A stretch of 64,000 bases of DNA from Octopus vulgaris (taxonomy: Eukaryota): the NCBI GenBank assembly GCA_951406725.2, contig OX597825.1, forward strand, positions 49,600,001 to 49,664,000, given 5' to 3'. A model generated the notes under the pieces. The model was not told where the DNA came from and ran no database searches. It was given only the letters and a program-made list of their open reading frames with translations. Position numbers and translations under genes: made by a program. Shown here one piece after another: positions 39,561 through 52,657 of the stretch (the first letter of the stretch is position 1; each line of letters starts with the position of its first letter).

Positions 39561-40951
39561 GTAAAAATTTGAACTCATTATTTACACGAATCCTACATTA
39601 TTCACAGCATATTCTCTCTATAATTCCTCGTAGCATATTTTCCTAACTCCGAATTGTTACGTTTCAACGACAGATCCTTCTTCTGTTCAACCTTTTAATT
39701 TGAGTAATAAATAGCACTTACACAGATTATTTGAGCAATTTAAACACATACAATAAAATATTTTTCACCAGTTATTCTCGATCACACTGTTTTTGCGACA
39801 CCATCTCTCTTTCTAGCCAACATATATATACCTGAAAACAAGGAGATAGGTAGAAGAATCTTCAATGGTTTATTTTATTCCTTGCTTTTAAAACTAACAT
39901 GAACACATATGTATTCGTGTTTCTATTTTCAAAAATTATATTTGGCATTTGGTCACGGTATAATTATGTGTTGGATGTTCTCACAAGTTATTGTCCTTCC
40001 TGTGTTTCTAAATAAATTCAGGTACTAAGTTTAACATAATCACCTGTTTTCTACCACAAATAAGCGACCGTGTGCTTAAATAGCTATTCGTTTTTAAACA
40101 TATACTGATTTCACAGTTTAAATTTGAATAACTTATATGGATATGTTTTTCTTTCTCCCACTTCTGAGGAATAATTAATAAAAGTAATTTATAGTGTTTG
40201 ATTTCAATATTGCCTGCCATACGCTACGCGTTTGTCTATAAAATATTATTATATGAGTGTCGAGATTTACACCTTCTATGATTTAATAGTTTCTGTCACG
40301 TGAAGAAACATCTGCACTAAACGATTTGCAGTACTAGAATATTTCACAAAGTATTGTACACAATTATGACTATATTTAAATTACACAGAGGAATATACAT
40401 AGATTATTTATGAAGATATATTAGTAGCCATTGTGAGACTGAAGTATTCCGTGATGTTCAGTGTAATGACAGTAACTATTTTGTAGGTACCTGTAAATTA
40501 CGCCGTAGGAAATGAATCTAAGATAAACCGTGCACTGCTTGATAAAAACATCTAAGCGTTTCATCAACTAAAATGGAAAAATAGCTATAGGAAATTATAA
40601 TTTAGTGATTAACTATCAAGTGTTATTGAAAATTATTTCAAATCTGCATTCACTGATCTCTTAGAACAGCTCTCACTTTTAATGTTTACTACTAGATTTG
40701 GTTTTAAAACTGAATTATACATACAAGCATACAAATATACATATGTATGTGCATATATATATATATATATATCTATATATATATATGTCCCTTGAACACA
40801 ACTTCCATGACTGCATAGGTACAGTCTTTTGGCATAACTTAATTTCTCCATATCTTTTGTATTACTGCTGTCAGCATTTCTCAAATATAAACAGTTCTAC
40901 ATTCACATTATTTACATTTGACGGATATTTCTCCTCATCTTGTTTGTTGTT

Positions 40952-40997
40952 AACACAGCGTTTCAGCCGATATACCCTCCAGCCTTCATCGGGTGTC
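40952..40997 (-). ncRNA. Decayed minimal hammerhead motif
   Basis: gacac CCGATGA a ggctg gagggtatat cggct GAAA CG CT gtgtt. Stems I and II are intact, with two core substitutions. Confidence 0.65.
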
Positions 40998-41085
40998 TTG
41001 AGGAAATCTCGAACCTGTGTTCTCATCCCTAAGGTATTTTTCAATATTGTTGTTGTTGTTGTTGTTGTTATTATTATTATTATTA

Positions 41086-41159
<74 letters not shown>

Positions 41160-41713
41160 GAGTGAGAGAGCAGTTCATGCCATCAAAGTGACACTGGGGT
41201 AAAATATACGAAGCCCAATATACCCATCATGACTACCCGTCTGATAAGGGTACACCAGGCACATGCATCACAACCATATGTGAGCGACATGGTGATCTCA
41301 TATCAAGATAAATAGCACATGACCTTGCAGGTGAGGCCCAGTTAGAATTTTCTTCAGGTTGAGTAGCCCATCCCGCTCAAAAGGGCCCTGAATAAGGGTT
41401 GTTTAAGGATGTTGAAAGAACCACCCATGTTTCCAGAGGTGAATTATTCAAACCCCAAAGAATCCCTCTCAACACATAGCTATGATGCTCCCCCACTACT
41501 TCTGCTCGTAATCAGAGATGCACATATCGTCAGCCACTAAGGAACATGCTCAACTGGTTAAGATCAAACAACTGACGAGCAAATCTGTGGCATTGAGCAG
41601 AATATTTGCTGTAGCCCATCTTTTATACCAAGACAAAACAATGTACATGATAACACTTCCAATCAGTTAAAATCAGAAGCCATGAGAGCCACTGCCTGGT
41701 ACTAGATCAGGGC
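41160..41713 (-). mobile_element. Full-length ~554-bp non-coding element inserted in (AAT)n
   Basis: Flanked by (ATT)n on both sides. Four copies occur in the window (7736, 20656, 41160, and a partial at 43273-43365). No ORF or A/B boxes were seen. Confidence 0.9.
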
Positions 41714-41714
41714 A

Positions 41715-41772
<58 letters not shown>

Positions 41773-41775
<3 letters not shown>

Positions 41776-43140
41776 TAGTTTTATTTTTATAGCGTGCTTT
41801 CACTTCACTACCGAGCGCAGCTCTGTGTGCCTTGGGTATGTGCTGTGATTTGTTGTGATGCTCTGATGGTTATTGTATGGAAAGTGTTCTGCGTAGGATG
41901 TGTGCAGTGCCTAGTAGTGCAATTTTCTGTATGTTATATGTGTTTGTAAGTCCTGGTGTTTTTGTTATGTATTTGTCTGAATATGTTTTATCATGCCTAA
42001 TGCACCTACTATGATAGGAATTGTTTCTGTTTTCAGGTTCGACATTCTAGTTACCTCTATTTCCAGGTCTTTGTATTTTGAGAGTTTCTCCATTTCTTTT
42101 AGAGTCACGTTGTCATCTGCCGGTATTGATACATCAATTAGAAAGCATTTTTTTCTTCGTGAACTCTGACAACTATATCTGGTCTGTTGGCCTTAATTTC
42201 TCTATCTGTGTGTATCGGCATATCCCAGGGTATGGTTGCTTTCTCTTTTTCTGTGACCTTTTCTGGTGTGTGCCTATACCATCTTTTTTCTGTTGTTATT
42301 CCATAAAGTTGGCATAGCTTCCAATGTATGTAGGTTCCAACTCTGTCATGTCTGTGAATATATTCCTTCTTAGCCGGGACTGGGCAGCTAGAGATAATAT
42401 GATTTATTGTTTCTTGTCCATCTCCACATATTCTGCAGTTACTTGTAATATTTCTTTTCATTACATGTTTTTGGTAATTTCTGGTGGGGAGGCTTTGGTC
42501 TTGTGCTGCAATTAAAAATCCCTCTGTTTCTACTTTGAGTCCTGAGCTTCTCAACCATTGCTGGGATTTTTCTTTGTCTATTTCTTTTGCGTTTAGTTTA
42601 GTGCAGTATTTACCATGAAGGGGCTTTTCTTGCCATCGTTTTATCATGGCTCGTTGCTGTTCTATTTTTAGTTTGGATTTCATTTGTTTTATAGCTTTTG
42701 TTGTTTCTTCATCATCTTCTTCTTCTTCTTTGTGTTTATTAGGTGGTATGATTTCTTGTTTGTATTTGTCAGCTTCCTTAAATACTGAGAACAGTTTTTT
42801 GTTTTGCTCGTGTTTTGCTGCTATCTGGATCAGTTTTCCTTCCTTCTGAAGTAGGTATTTTTGCAGTCCTATGGTGGTTATTTTATAGTAGTTTTCCAGC
42901 TGTATAAGGCCTCTACCACCTTCTATACGTTGTATATATAGTCTTTCTATGTCAGATTTTGGGTGATGCATCCTAGATCCTGTCAGTATTTTTCCTGTTT
43001 TCCTATCTATTTTGGACAGTTCATTTCGTGTCCAGTTAAGGATATTGTAGCTGTAACTTATAACTGGGACAGCTAAAGTGTTGATACCTATTATCTTGTT
43101 TTTAGCATTGAGCTCTGTTTTTAGTATTGATCTAACTCGT
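41773..43140 (-). mobile_element. R4/Dong-like RLE LINE, 5'-truncated, young-looking, in (AAT)n
   Basis: ~330 open codons: ELNAKNKIIGINTLAVPVISYS...RLYIQRIEGGRGL...ETEGFLIAAQDQ...CRICGDGQETINHIISSC...RHDRV...NRPDIVV. A frameshift continues to HILRRTLS. Confidence 0.95.
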
Positions 43141-43145
43141 ATTAC

Positions 43146-43200
<55 letters not shown>

Positions 43201-43369
43201 ATAATAATAATAATAATAATAATTATTATTATTACTATTATTATTATTATTATCATTATTATTATTATTATTGAGTGCCAATAAAGTGTCGCTGGGATAA
43301 AATATACGAATCCCAGTATACCCATCATGTGCGCGACATGGTGATCTTATATCAAGATAAACAGCTATC

Positions 43370-43700
43370 TGATACTTTCCTGATTATTCTAGTCGCACCA
43401 AGGCGGCACACTTTTGTAACAGTTCTACTGGGCAATCTATTCCAATATCAACTATATAGCATATGTGGTGCATCTTGTCCACCACCACTACTAGGTCCGG
43501 TCTGTTATGATCTAACACCTGACCTATTTGGATTGGGAAAACCCAGAGGATTTCGCTAGAGTCCGACTCCACCACTCTGTGGTTTGTTCTCATACCACGT
43601 GTTGCATCTCCTTTGTCCCCACTTTCTACAGTTTCTAATGTAGCACTTTCGTTACCTGATCGTATCGCCACGACTCGCAGTGGTTTTGGGCAAATCTAAT
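43370..43700 (-). mobile_element. Old RLE endonuclease fragment (R4/Dong-like)
   Basis: RVVESDSSEILWVFPIQIGQVLDHNRPDLVVVVDKMHHICYIVDIGI. Confidence 0.7.
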
Positions 43701-43721
43701 ATCATCATCATCATCATCATA

Positions 43722-43836
<115 letters not shown>

Positions 43837-44044
43837 GTTTTTGACTTTTTGTACATGCCTCATTGTTTTCAGGGATGTGCGTTGATACACATGTTAGTGT
43901 CTTGAGATGTAGTGTGGTATTACGTGTTGTTTTCCTAGCTGTTTTAATGCCTAACTTCTTGGCTTAATTCCATCGTCTGTAAGTGAGTGTGGACATTGTC
44001 TCACAGTGTAATTCTGAGATCTTGAAGACGGAAGTCACGGATAT

Positions 44045-44760
44045 TTCCATCAGACACTATTGTACAAATTTTTTGGCTAATTTAAAGGGGATTTTCATTT
44101 TGATGTGTATTGAGTGACATGAGCTAAACAGAAAATATTGTTTGAAGTCCATTGGCTTATGATGAATGTCAGTTACAATTTGGTTAAACAATGAATCACA
44201 CAACAATATTGTATAAAATTTCCCTATGCTCGGTGGGGATCCAAAAATGAACAACATTCTGAAAACACATAAATTTATCAAATGAAAAGCAACGTAGTTC
44301 GTTGAAAAGACTTCTGACAAATGCGAAGCTTTACACAACTACGAAACCAATACTTAACTTAATTGGTCATCCAAACTGTAGAACGTGCATCAGCCTGCAC
44401 GAGGGCTCGGAATTCCTATTCAAACAAAGGGAGAGGTTCACAGTTAAAAGCAAGTTCCCTTGTGCCTCCGAGAATATAATATATTTTATAACATGTTCAC
44501 GTTGTGGACATAGCTACATAGGACAGAGACGTATGGCACTTTGACGGTGAACCGCACTACACAAGGAACAGTACAGGCAGGTTCCTTCGGGAGAACTCAT
44601 AGAGAGATACGCTGGTAATATCCAACCAAACTTCACAGTTTTTCCATGTACCAATGCAAAGAAACAAGTTATGCAGAAGAACGTTTAAATAAAGAAAAGT
44701 TATTTATCGAAAAATACAGAACACGCTTAAATATGAACGCATAACCAACTTTGATTTCAG
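44045..44760. mobile_element. Penelope-like remnant with 5' inversion
   Basis: The minus strand at 44050-44195 gives RT thumb TDIHHKPMDFKQYFLFSSCHSIHIKMKIPFKLA. The plus strand at 44200-44745 gives GIY-YIG FPCASENIIYFITCSRCGHSYIGQ. Confidence 0.8.
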
Positions 44761-45049
44761 TATATATTTTATTTCAACTTTTATTATATCCTTGAGTTTG
44801 ATATAGACTACACTGTAACAGTGTCATAACACTACGAAAACTAAATCAGTAACAAACAAGTAACAACCTTATATCTCTTCTCAATGACTTCTACGACTGC
44901 CTTCACAGAGGTGTCAGGATTTCACCTCCACATCTCTTCCTTTTGAGTCTGATTTTCCGTGAAAGTCAATATTTTGCTTTTATTTATTATATATTTCTTA
45001 TCACCTCTCCCCACCTTTTTCTTTTTTTCACTTAATTCTCCTGGCAGAA

Positions 45050-47305
45050 ATTGGAATATTTTTCGGTTTGGCTCTACCTGCAAAAGTTCAGTTTTTTTTT
45101 TTTTTTTACGTAGTCGATGTACTCCTTGGTTCGACTATTTCTTGAGGTACCGGGATGTAAAAACTGTCTTAAGGAAATTCCATTGGTTATCCGTATTTTA
45201 GTCTTTCTTCCGTAAACCTTTTTTCAGTGGTTTAAATGGCTTTTGTGTTCCCACATATTGACCTTTTACCATGTACGTCATCTTTCCTAAACATTTACTT
45301 ATTATACTTTCTTCCAAACTTTCCTTCCCTGAATATTTAAAAAAAATCACCTTGTCACCGATTTTGAAGTATTTTATTTTATTTTCGGTGTTTCTCTACA
45401 TTTTGTTCTCTTCTTTTCGGTAGTAATTTCTTAAATACTGACCTGACTTTCCTGGTAAACATTAGTTCAGATGGCGACATGCTTGAAATGGTGTGGGAGT
45501 TTGTAACTCGTTCCTAGATTTTTTCAGACCCCGCTTAATCGTGTCTACAAACGTTCCGCTACTCTATTCGATCTTGGATGGTATGGCAGAGTAGTAATAT
45601 GATCTATTGCATGCATTTTCCAAAAGTTTTCAAATACCTTCGATGTAAACTCCAGTGTCTGGGACGCCATATCGCAAAAAATTTCGTCCAGAAATTCTGT
45701 TGTTACTTTGTAAGTTGGCTTCCTACATTTACATATTTCCAGCCCTTTCGTGTAATTATCCACAACTATTAGATAATACCTTCCATTTAACGGCCCTGCG
45801 AAGTCTATGTGTAATCCGGATCAAGGTATGTCAGTATTGGGCCAAGGCTGAATTTTTATAAGTAGTGCGTTTGCTGCCAATGCACAAACCCTGCACGCTT
45901 TCACTAATTTTTCAATATCCTGATCCATATTTGACCAGTAAACGTAGCCCTTCATTAGTGCTTTCATTCCTGCGATTCCTTGATGTCCCATGTGGAACTC
46001 TTTTAGCATACGATTTTGCAAAGAAACAGGTATTATATCCCTTTGAGTGTACATAAGTATGTCATCACATATCGAATCCCATTTCGAAACAGTGTTACGC
46101 TCGGCTACATGATTTATTATATTTGTTTCTGACATCACTATTTTTTCAATTCTCTGCTTTATATATGAATATATATTTTCTCTAAAATGATTGGTAGTTA
46201 GCGTACAACATTGCAGAGTATATATATATATTTTATTTCGATATCAGCTTTTAATGCCGCAATTAATGTGTCCTCTAACGGTTCATTGTATTTAGGTATC
46301 AATCTTGACAACCCATCCGCACGTTCCAGTTTTTCCGATGGTAGAAATTCCATCTTAAAACCATAATTTATCAGGATCGTTCCTCACCGCTGCAATCCGT
46401 TGGTTGTGTGTGCGGGGATACCCTTTTTCGATCCGTAAATTGACAACAATGGGCGGTTATCTGTATGCAGACTGAATTTCTTGAATGTATGAATTTGTGA
46501 AATTTTTTCACCTCAAAAATAATAGGTAATGCATCCTCCTCAATTTTGCTGTAGTTTGTTTTTTTCAGCCGCCAACAATGAACGTGAAGTATAATCGATG
46601 GCTTTTAGGCTACTATTTTGATACTTGTGAAAAATTACCGCTCCTATACCAATTTCGCTAGCATCTGATGCTACTACTAGGTTTAAATTTGGATCAAAGT
46701 GCGATAATGACAGTTCTGATGTTAAAACATTTAAAAATTTCTTCGAACGCTTTTTGGCACCTGTCTGATCAAAACCATTTAACCTCTCTTTTCAATAGGC
46801 TGATTAGGGATGCTCTTATATTGTGTATACTCGGTATATATAGTTCGTAATTGTGTGCGAGCCCCAAGAACGCTTGTAACGTTATAATATTTTTCCGGGC
46901 AGGCATATTTTTATTGCAGTCGCTTTTGAAGGATCTGGTCTGCGATTATTTTTATCGATAACGCGCCCTAGATACTTTATATCTGGAATGAAAAATTGGC
47001 TTTTTTCGTCGCTCAGTTTAAATTTATATTCCTTTATTCTTTCAAAGACCTTTTTAACGTATTTCTCATGCTGGCATCATGACTCACGTTTTATGACTAT
47101 GACATCCAAGTAAGCAAAATCACTATCTACAAGCATAGTGTTCATCACCTGTCGGAAAATAATAGGTGCCAACTTTATCCCTAAAGGAAGTCGATTTAAT
47201 TTATATAAACCTTTATGGGCATTTATCGTTAACTCCGACAAGTCAACTTTTAAAAATGTTCCTTCATTGAATTTCGCAAAAATTTCATCCGGACTTGGCA
47301 ATGTT
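45050..47305 (-). mobile_element. Ty3/Gypsy LTR retrotransposon pol remnant (RT-RNase H-integrase)
   Basis: LTINAHKGLYKLNRLPLGIKLAPIIFRQVM..AYLDVIVI; SDASEIGIGAVI; EFHMGHQGIAGMK..YVYWSNMDQDIEKLVKACRVC; TTLPYHPRSNRVAER. Domain order is RT-RH-INT, with many disruptions. No LTRs were recognised. Confidence 0.92.
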
Positions 47306-47989
47306 TAGGAGAGTTCACTTGCTATCCCACAGGGGTCTCAGGATTTCACGACATGTTCACATACACATCTCTCTCAATATTTCCTCTCACTACTTTATCT
47401 TTCGATTCTTTTGTATATTTATTTACCCCTCCCCCAAAGTGAAATATCATCTCTCCCATCTTGAATAACAACGAACACCAAAATACATCACGTTAGATTT
47501 TATTACCTGTTAATTTCTTTCATTCACATTCGTTTTCTTAAGAAAAGACGAACATACAATAATTTAAATGTCGTGATTAGCGAAAGCGAAACCGGTCGAC
47601 AAACACAGTACACTTTTCCCTTATAAAATATATTACAAAATATGTGAAAATTATGTAAAATATGTGCATTTTCCTTCTTTTGTTTTTGCCTCACAACACA
47701 CCACGTGGGAATAATCGAAATTCTCTTCGTCCCTTTTTCTTACTTATATATATATATATAAAGAGAGAGATAGACAGAGAGAGAGAGAAAGAAAGAGAGA
47801 GAAAGAGAGAAAAGGAGAGAGAGAAATATATTTTGAAGTTATCAAGTATTTAGAAAAAGTTATTTAGAATACATTGTCACTAACCTCTCGGAAAGAAGAC
47901 AACACATAGTATTTATTTTCTCTGTAGTGTGCATTTTTATGTAAGCGATTTCCATGTTCAACGTTTCAAACTCATGGGTTCTTGTCTAA

Positions 47990-48492
47990 TTAATATATCT
48001 CCGACAAATGATTTTTAAAAGTCTATAAAACAAGACAAAGACATCATGGATGTAATGGACAAAGACATCACATTTCCCCAAACTGTGATTGTCTTTGGTT
48101 GTGTTTGTAGCAAGAAGGATATCATGCAATCCTACATCTTTGAAAGCGGCCTTAAACCCAATTCAGATGTTTGTGTGAAAGTGCTGGAGACTCATGTCAC
48201 ACGTTAGTAGCAAACGAATTCTGCTGGAAGGCCTCACCACCCCTAATTTCTGGCTTCCTAATTACCCCGAATAAAAATCCATGATTTATTATTTGTAGAA
48301 TGCGGTTTACAATACAAGGCTTGACTTGTGGCCAAGAATAAGGAGCATTTTGAAGATCTTCCCAGGGACACGTCGTAAGGCCCAGGTGGAAGATGAGGGC
48401 GGTTACTTTGAGTAAAGCATAATATATTTATGGATAGGATATTGTTTTCTTCTTTCATGCAAACTGTCAAGTTTATCCCGAACACGCTGTAT
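47990..48492 (+). mobile_element. Tc1/mariner-superfamily (DD37D/maT-like) transposase remnant with right terminus
   Basis: FPQTVIVFGCVCSKKDIMQSYIFESGLKPNSDVCVKVLETHV; NFWLPNYP; EGGYFE*. The element ends ...aacacgctg|TA. Confidence 0.7.
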
Positions 48493-48507
48493 ACACACGC
48501 ACTCAGC

Positions 48508-48580
<73 letters not shown>

Positions 48581-48585
<5 letters not shown>

Positions 48586-50356
48586 ATAGGAAAGAATGGA
48601 GCTGAACGAAGATTTAACAAAATTCCTTTATTTTCGACATATGTTTCGAAGTCTGCAAAATCCCTAATTCCGAATGAATAAGGAGTCCATTATGCAGCTT
48701 TCATAACAATAACAATAAGCTGCTAAATAAGGTCTCGTCACCCATGAGCAGAGACACCGCCCTGTCAAATTCCAACATAACATATAGTAGTAATAATAAT
48801 AATAGAAATAGCACAGATATTAGCAGCCTTCATACCAGCATTGGCGTTAGTAATAGTAATAAGGATAAGAGCACTGGCCTGGTCATTAACGGAGGGGGTC
48901 TCAACAATAATAGTAGCAGCGGTTTTAACAACAGTAGTTTTACGGACAATAACAATCACAGCATTCCCAGAAACAGGGAATGTGCAGGTGATATTGCCTT
49001 AAATAGTAATGAAAATAGGTTGAATAGTATCGAATCCAGCAGTAATTTTTACAACCACCATAGAAATAAGAACGCTGTATTAGTATCGGAAACTAATCCC
49101 AATAGATTAAGGTTCTTATGAAATAACTCCAAAATTAGAAACACCACTTACCAGTGCAAAATTTCTGCTGGACCCGAAGACTACCTCTATATTGGCGCAA
49201 CCTCCTCTAATTTAGCCACAAGGATATCAAATAATTTTTCCACGTTCCGTGATAAGAGTAAACAGCACGCCACGGGGCTAAGCAAATTAGTCTGGCGTTT
49301 GAAGAACGCAAATTCAACTTTTAAGCTGGAATGGTCAATATTATCGGTGTCCTTACCGTTTGATAAGGGCAGAAAAATCTGTGCCCTCTGTAATTCCGAA
49401 CTCTTTCATATTCTGTTTGCCCGAGCTCAACTAATAAACTCGATTGTCGAGAGATCTTTCAGATGCCTACACTGGAAAAAGCATACCTTTCACTCATACC
49501 ATTGAAGTCTAATATCGATAACCCCTGGATTTCCTACAAAATTAAAATGTGATATCTCACCCCTTTAGTTTATAAGACTTTCTCATAATTGCTAAGAACT
49601 ACTACCAATTCCAGCAGTAACCTTGTCTCTTGTCATTACTATTGTGGCCTCCATCTGCCCTCTCCCTCTTAAGTTGACACATTCGAACACACAGACACAG
49701 TCTTTTCACCTCCTGACCGTTAATTCTTTCTCTCTGCCTTCCACACACACATTCACGCATTCACAGACACACACACATTAAGGCAATTTTACACACTCAT
49801 ACATACGAGCACTCATTCATAAAATAAATCAAATATAAACACCAGTCATACAGAATACATTCCCTCACTTTAATTTTCCTTTACCTTCCTTCTCCAACCT
49901 TCACTGAACCCTTGAACTATTTTAACTGACATTTTCTCCTACTTTCAACCAGTCTGGCGTCACCCCCTATAAATAGACATTATTTATCATTATCTCTATG
50001 GGCTCCTCGTGAGCAGTCATCGAAAAACTTGTTGTGCATTTTGTTGGAGAATTAAGTTCCTGGAATTTCCTGAAGAGGAAGCTGCATAATGGACTCCTTA
50101 TTCATTCGGAATTAGGGATTTTGCAGACTTCGAAACATATGTTGAAAATAAAATAAAGAAATTTTGTTAAATCTTCGTTCAGCTCCATTCTTTCCTATAC
50201 TTAATATGTTAAATTAAACTTTAAATTTCCGCACTAAGGCACGGTGTTTATGCCCTATGGTCGTAACTTCAACCGTGCTTTTTCTGTTGTGAGTTTGCTA
50301 CCCAGGTATCGGTTATCTTTCGAATTATCCGTAATAAGATAATTAATTTGTCTACT

Positions 50357-50358
<2 letters not shown>
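48581..50358 (+). mobile_element. Penelope-like element with an inverted 5' terminal repeat and an HHR-bearing 3' terminal repeat, in (TA)n
   Basis: 48581-48702 is the reverse complement of ~50077-50202. The body has an Asn/Ser-rich linker, then NTTYQCKIS...YLYIGATSSNLATRI...GLSKLVWRLK...CALCNSE...CLH. Confidence 0.92.
50066..50147 (+). ncRNA. Intact type I hammerhead motif in a PLE terminal repeat
   Basis: tttc CTGAAGA g gaag ctgca...tgcag a cttc GAAAC ATAT GTT gaaa. The inverted copy at ~48630 has GTC. Confidence 0.85.
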
Positions 50359-50435
<77 letters not shown>

Positions 50436-50616
50436 AAAGGGCTTAGTAAAATAAATTACTTTGCCGCATACTGAACTCATTAGAAATAGCAGCTAAAAAA
50501 CTTTTTAAAAACCATTTCTAATACTTAAAGAAAATCTCTCTCATATAGTGCTTGCTCAACTCAACTCACGAAAGTTTGGGGGTACAGACATCAAAAAATC
50601 AAATGCAAAGGTTATT

Positions 50617-50668
50617 TGAGAACGTACGTTTCAAGATTAGTCAACACGACACTTCTATCATCAGCTCA
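50617..50668 (-). ncRNA. Type I hammerhead motif, array copy 1
   Basis: tgag CTGATGA t aga agtgtcgtgttgactaa tct t GAAAC GTAC GTT ctca, with palindromic stem III ACGTACGT. Confidence 0.85.
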
Positions 50669-51177
50669 GAAACTCCTTGGTTTGGATTTGAAAACACTGA
50701 AAGTGAGAGCATACTCTTTCGGCTTCTTATCGCTTTCGAAGATCTGCTCGTAACTAACAGTGCCAACAAACTCAAACATGCAAGTGAAGAATTTCTGTTC
50801 TCCCCTTTCCACCAGCGTGGGTTAAGATCAGCAAACACTCTGCTTATTTCGGTAAAATCCGAAGCATTAATTATAGGGAAATTAATTATAATTTCAACAA
50901 TTGAGGGTAAAATTAATTAATTATTAATCAATTTCACCAAGTGTTCAGTATGCAAAGGGACCATTTAAGGCGAATTCAAATTATTACAATATATAAAAGG
51001 GCTTAGTAAAATAAATTACTTTGCCGCATACTGAACTCATTAGAAATAGCAGCTAAAAAACTTTTTTAAAAACCATTTCTAATACTTAAAGAAAATCTCT
51101 CTCATATAGTGCTTGCTCAACTCAACTCACGAAAGTTTGGGGGTACAGACATCAAAAAATCAAATGCAAAGGTTATT

Positions 51178-51229
51178 TGAGAACGTACGTTTCAAGATTA
51201 GTCAACACGACACTTCTATCATCAGCTCA
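51178..51229 (-). ncRNA. Type I hammerhead motif, array copy 2
   Basis: Identical to copy 1 and offset by 561 nt. A third copy at 51738-51770 is truncated by the inversion breakpoint. Confidence 0.85.
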
Positions 51230-51907
51230 GAAACTCCTTGGTTTGGATTTGAAAACACTGAAAGTGAGAGCATACTCTTTCGGCTTCTTATCGCTTTCGA
51301 AGATCTGCTCGTAACTAACAGTGCCAACAAACTCAAACATGCAAGTGGAGAATTTCTGTTCTCCCTTTCCTCCAGCGTGGGTTAAGATCAGCAAACACTC
51401 TGCTTATTTCGGTAAAATCCGAAGCATTAATTATAGGGAGATTAATTATAATTTCAACAATTGAGGGTAAAATTAATTAATTATTAATCAATTTCACCAA
51501 GTGTTCAGTATGCAAAGGGACCATTTAAGGCGAATTCAAATTATTACAATATATAAAAGGGCTTAGTAAAATAAATTACTTTGCCGCATACTGAACTCAT
51601 TAGAAATAGCAGCTAAAAAACTTTTTTAAAAACCATTTCTAATACTTAAAGAAAATCTCTCTCATATAGTGCTTGCTCAACTCAACTCACGAAAGTTTGG
51701 GGGTACAGACATCAAAAAATCAAATGTAAAGGTTATTTGAGAACGTACGGTTCAAGATTAGTCAACACGAGTATGCGGCAAAGTAATTTATTTTACTAAG
51801 CCCTTTTATATATTGTAATAATTTGAATTCGCCTTAAATGGTCCCTTTGCATACTGAACACTTGGTGAAATTGATTAATAATTAATTAATTTTACCCTCA
51901 ATTGTTG

Positions 51908-51942
<35 letters not shown>

Positions 51943-52139
51943 CTACCAATGCGGTGTTGGGCACTGATTTTCATTGTTTGACATTCACGTCATTTACGTA
52001 TATATAATTTTTATTCCTACCGGAATAATAGAAATACATTCTTCGCAACAACCTATACTGGAAATATAAAGATTTCAATAACACATGCGTTTGACTCCAT
52101 TTCACAACTCATATATATATATAATTCATATATTCATAT

Positions 52140-52625
52140 ATAAACAAAAGATAGTATACGTAAAAGAATGGCCCTGCACAGATCCCAGATAAATATTCCC
52201 CAAAATAGAAAAATAGCATTCAGCCAACACATAGATATTTGCGCCAACAACAAAACTTCAAACTTCAGGATTTTTCCCCTCTACCAATTCAGGGACGATA
52301 GAACCTCGAGCCAACGAATAAGTAAAGAAACTCTCTTTATTACAAAATACAGGCCCCTTCTCAACGGGTCTACGACAAACGATATATCCACCTCGGCTTT
52401 AGAATAACACAAATACACACGCAAGTATTACATTCCTAAGAATCCAGCCCCAATCACAGCTAAAACCCATAACGTGCCAACTTTCAAGTCATACAACACC
52501 TCACTACTTCCACTCATTCATATTCTCCCTTCTTCTTCTTCTTCTTCTTCTTCTTCTTCTTCTTCTTCTTCTTCTTCTTCTTCTTCTTCTTCTTCTTCTT
52601 CTTCTTCTTCTTCTTCTTCATCATC

Positions 52626-52657
<32 letters not shown>

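Larger units (their letters stand above)
50428..51913 (-). mobile_element. Tandem array (~2.4 x 560 bp) of an HHR-bearing non-coding unit plus a 143-bp inverted tail; retrozyme-like / non-autonomous PLE
   Basis: atataaaagggcttagtaaa occurs at 50431, 50991 and 51551. 51771-51913 is an inverted copy spanning the unit junction. (TA)n lies on both sides. Confidence 0.92.

Noticed and set aside
41568-41615. CTGACGA followed by a gcaaat/atttgc stem in the 555-bp element as an HHR
   Set aside because: No GAAA follows stem II, and the 20.8 kb copy reads CTGACAA.
41640-41713. HDV-like ribozyme at the 5' end of the 555-bp element
   Set aside because: I could not build a convincing nested double pseudoknot by eye; only simple hairpins are evident. 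Left as a computational check.
42138-43328. 396-aa ORF as an intact gene
   Set aside because: The N-terminus is read-through from a passenger-element fragment and (AAT)n. The remainder is a 5'-truncated LINE ORF with no RT core and a frameshift near the end.
50552-50920. 122-aa ORF in the tandem unit
   Set aside because: It is antisense to the ribozyme, starts at a non-ATG codon, is frameshifted in copy 2 and has no recognisable motif.
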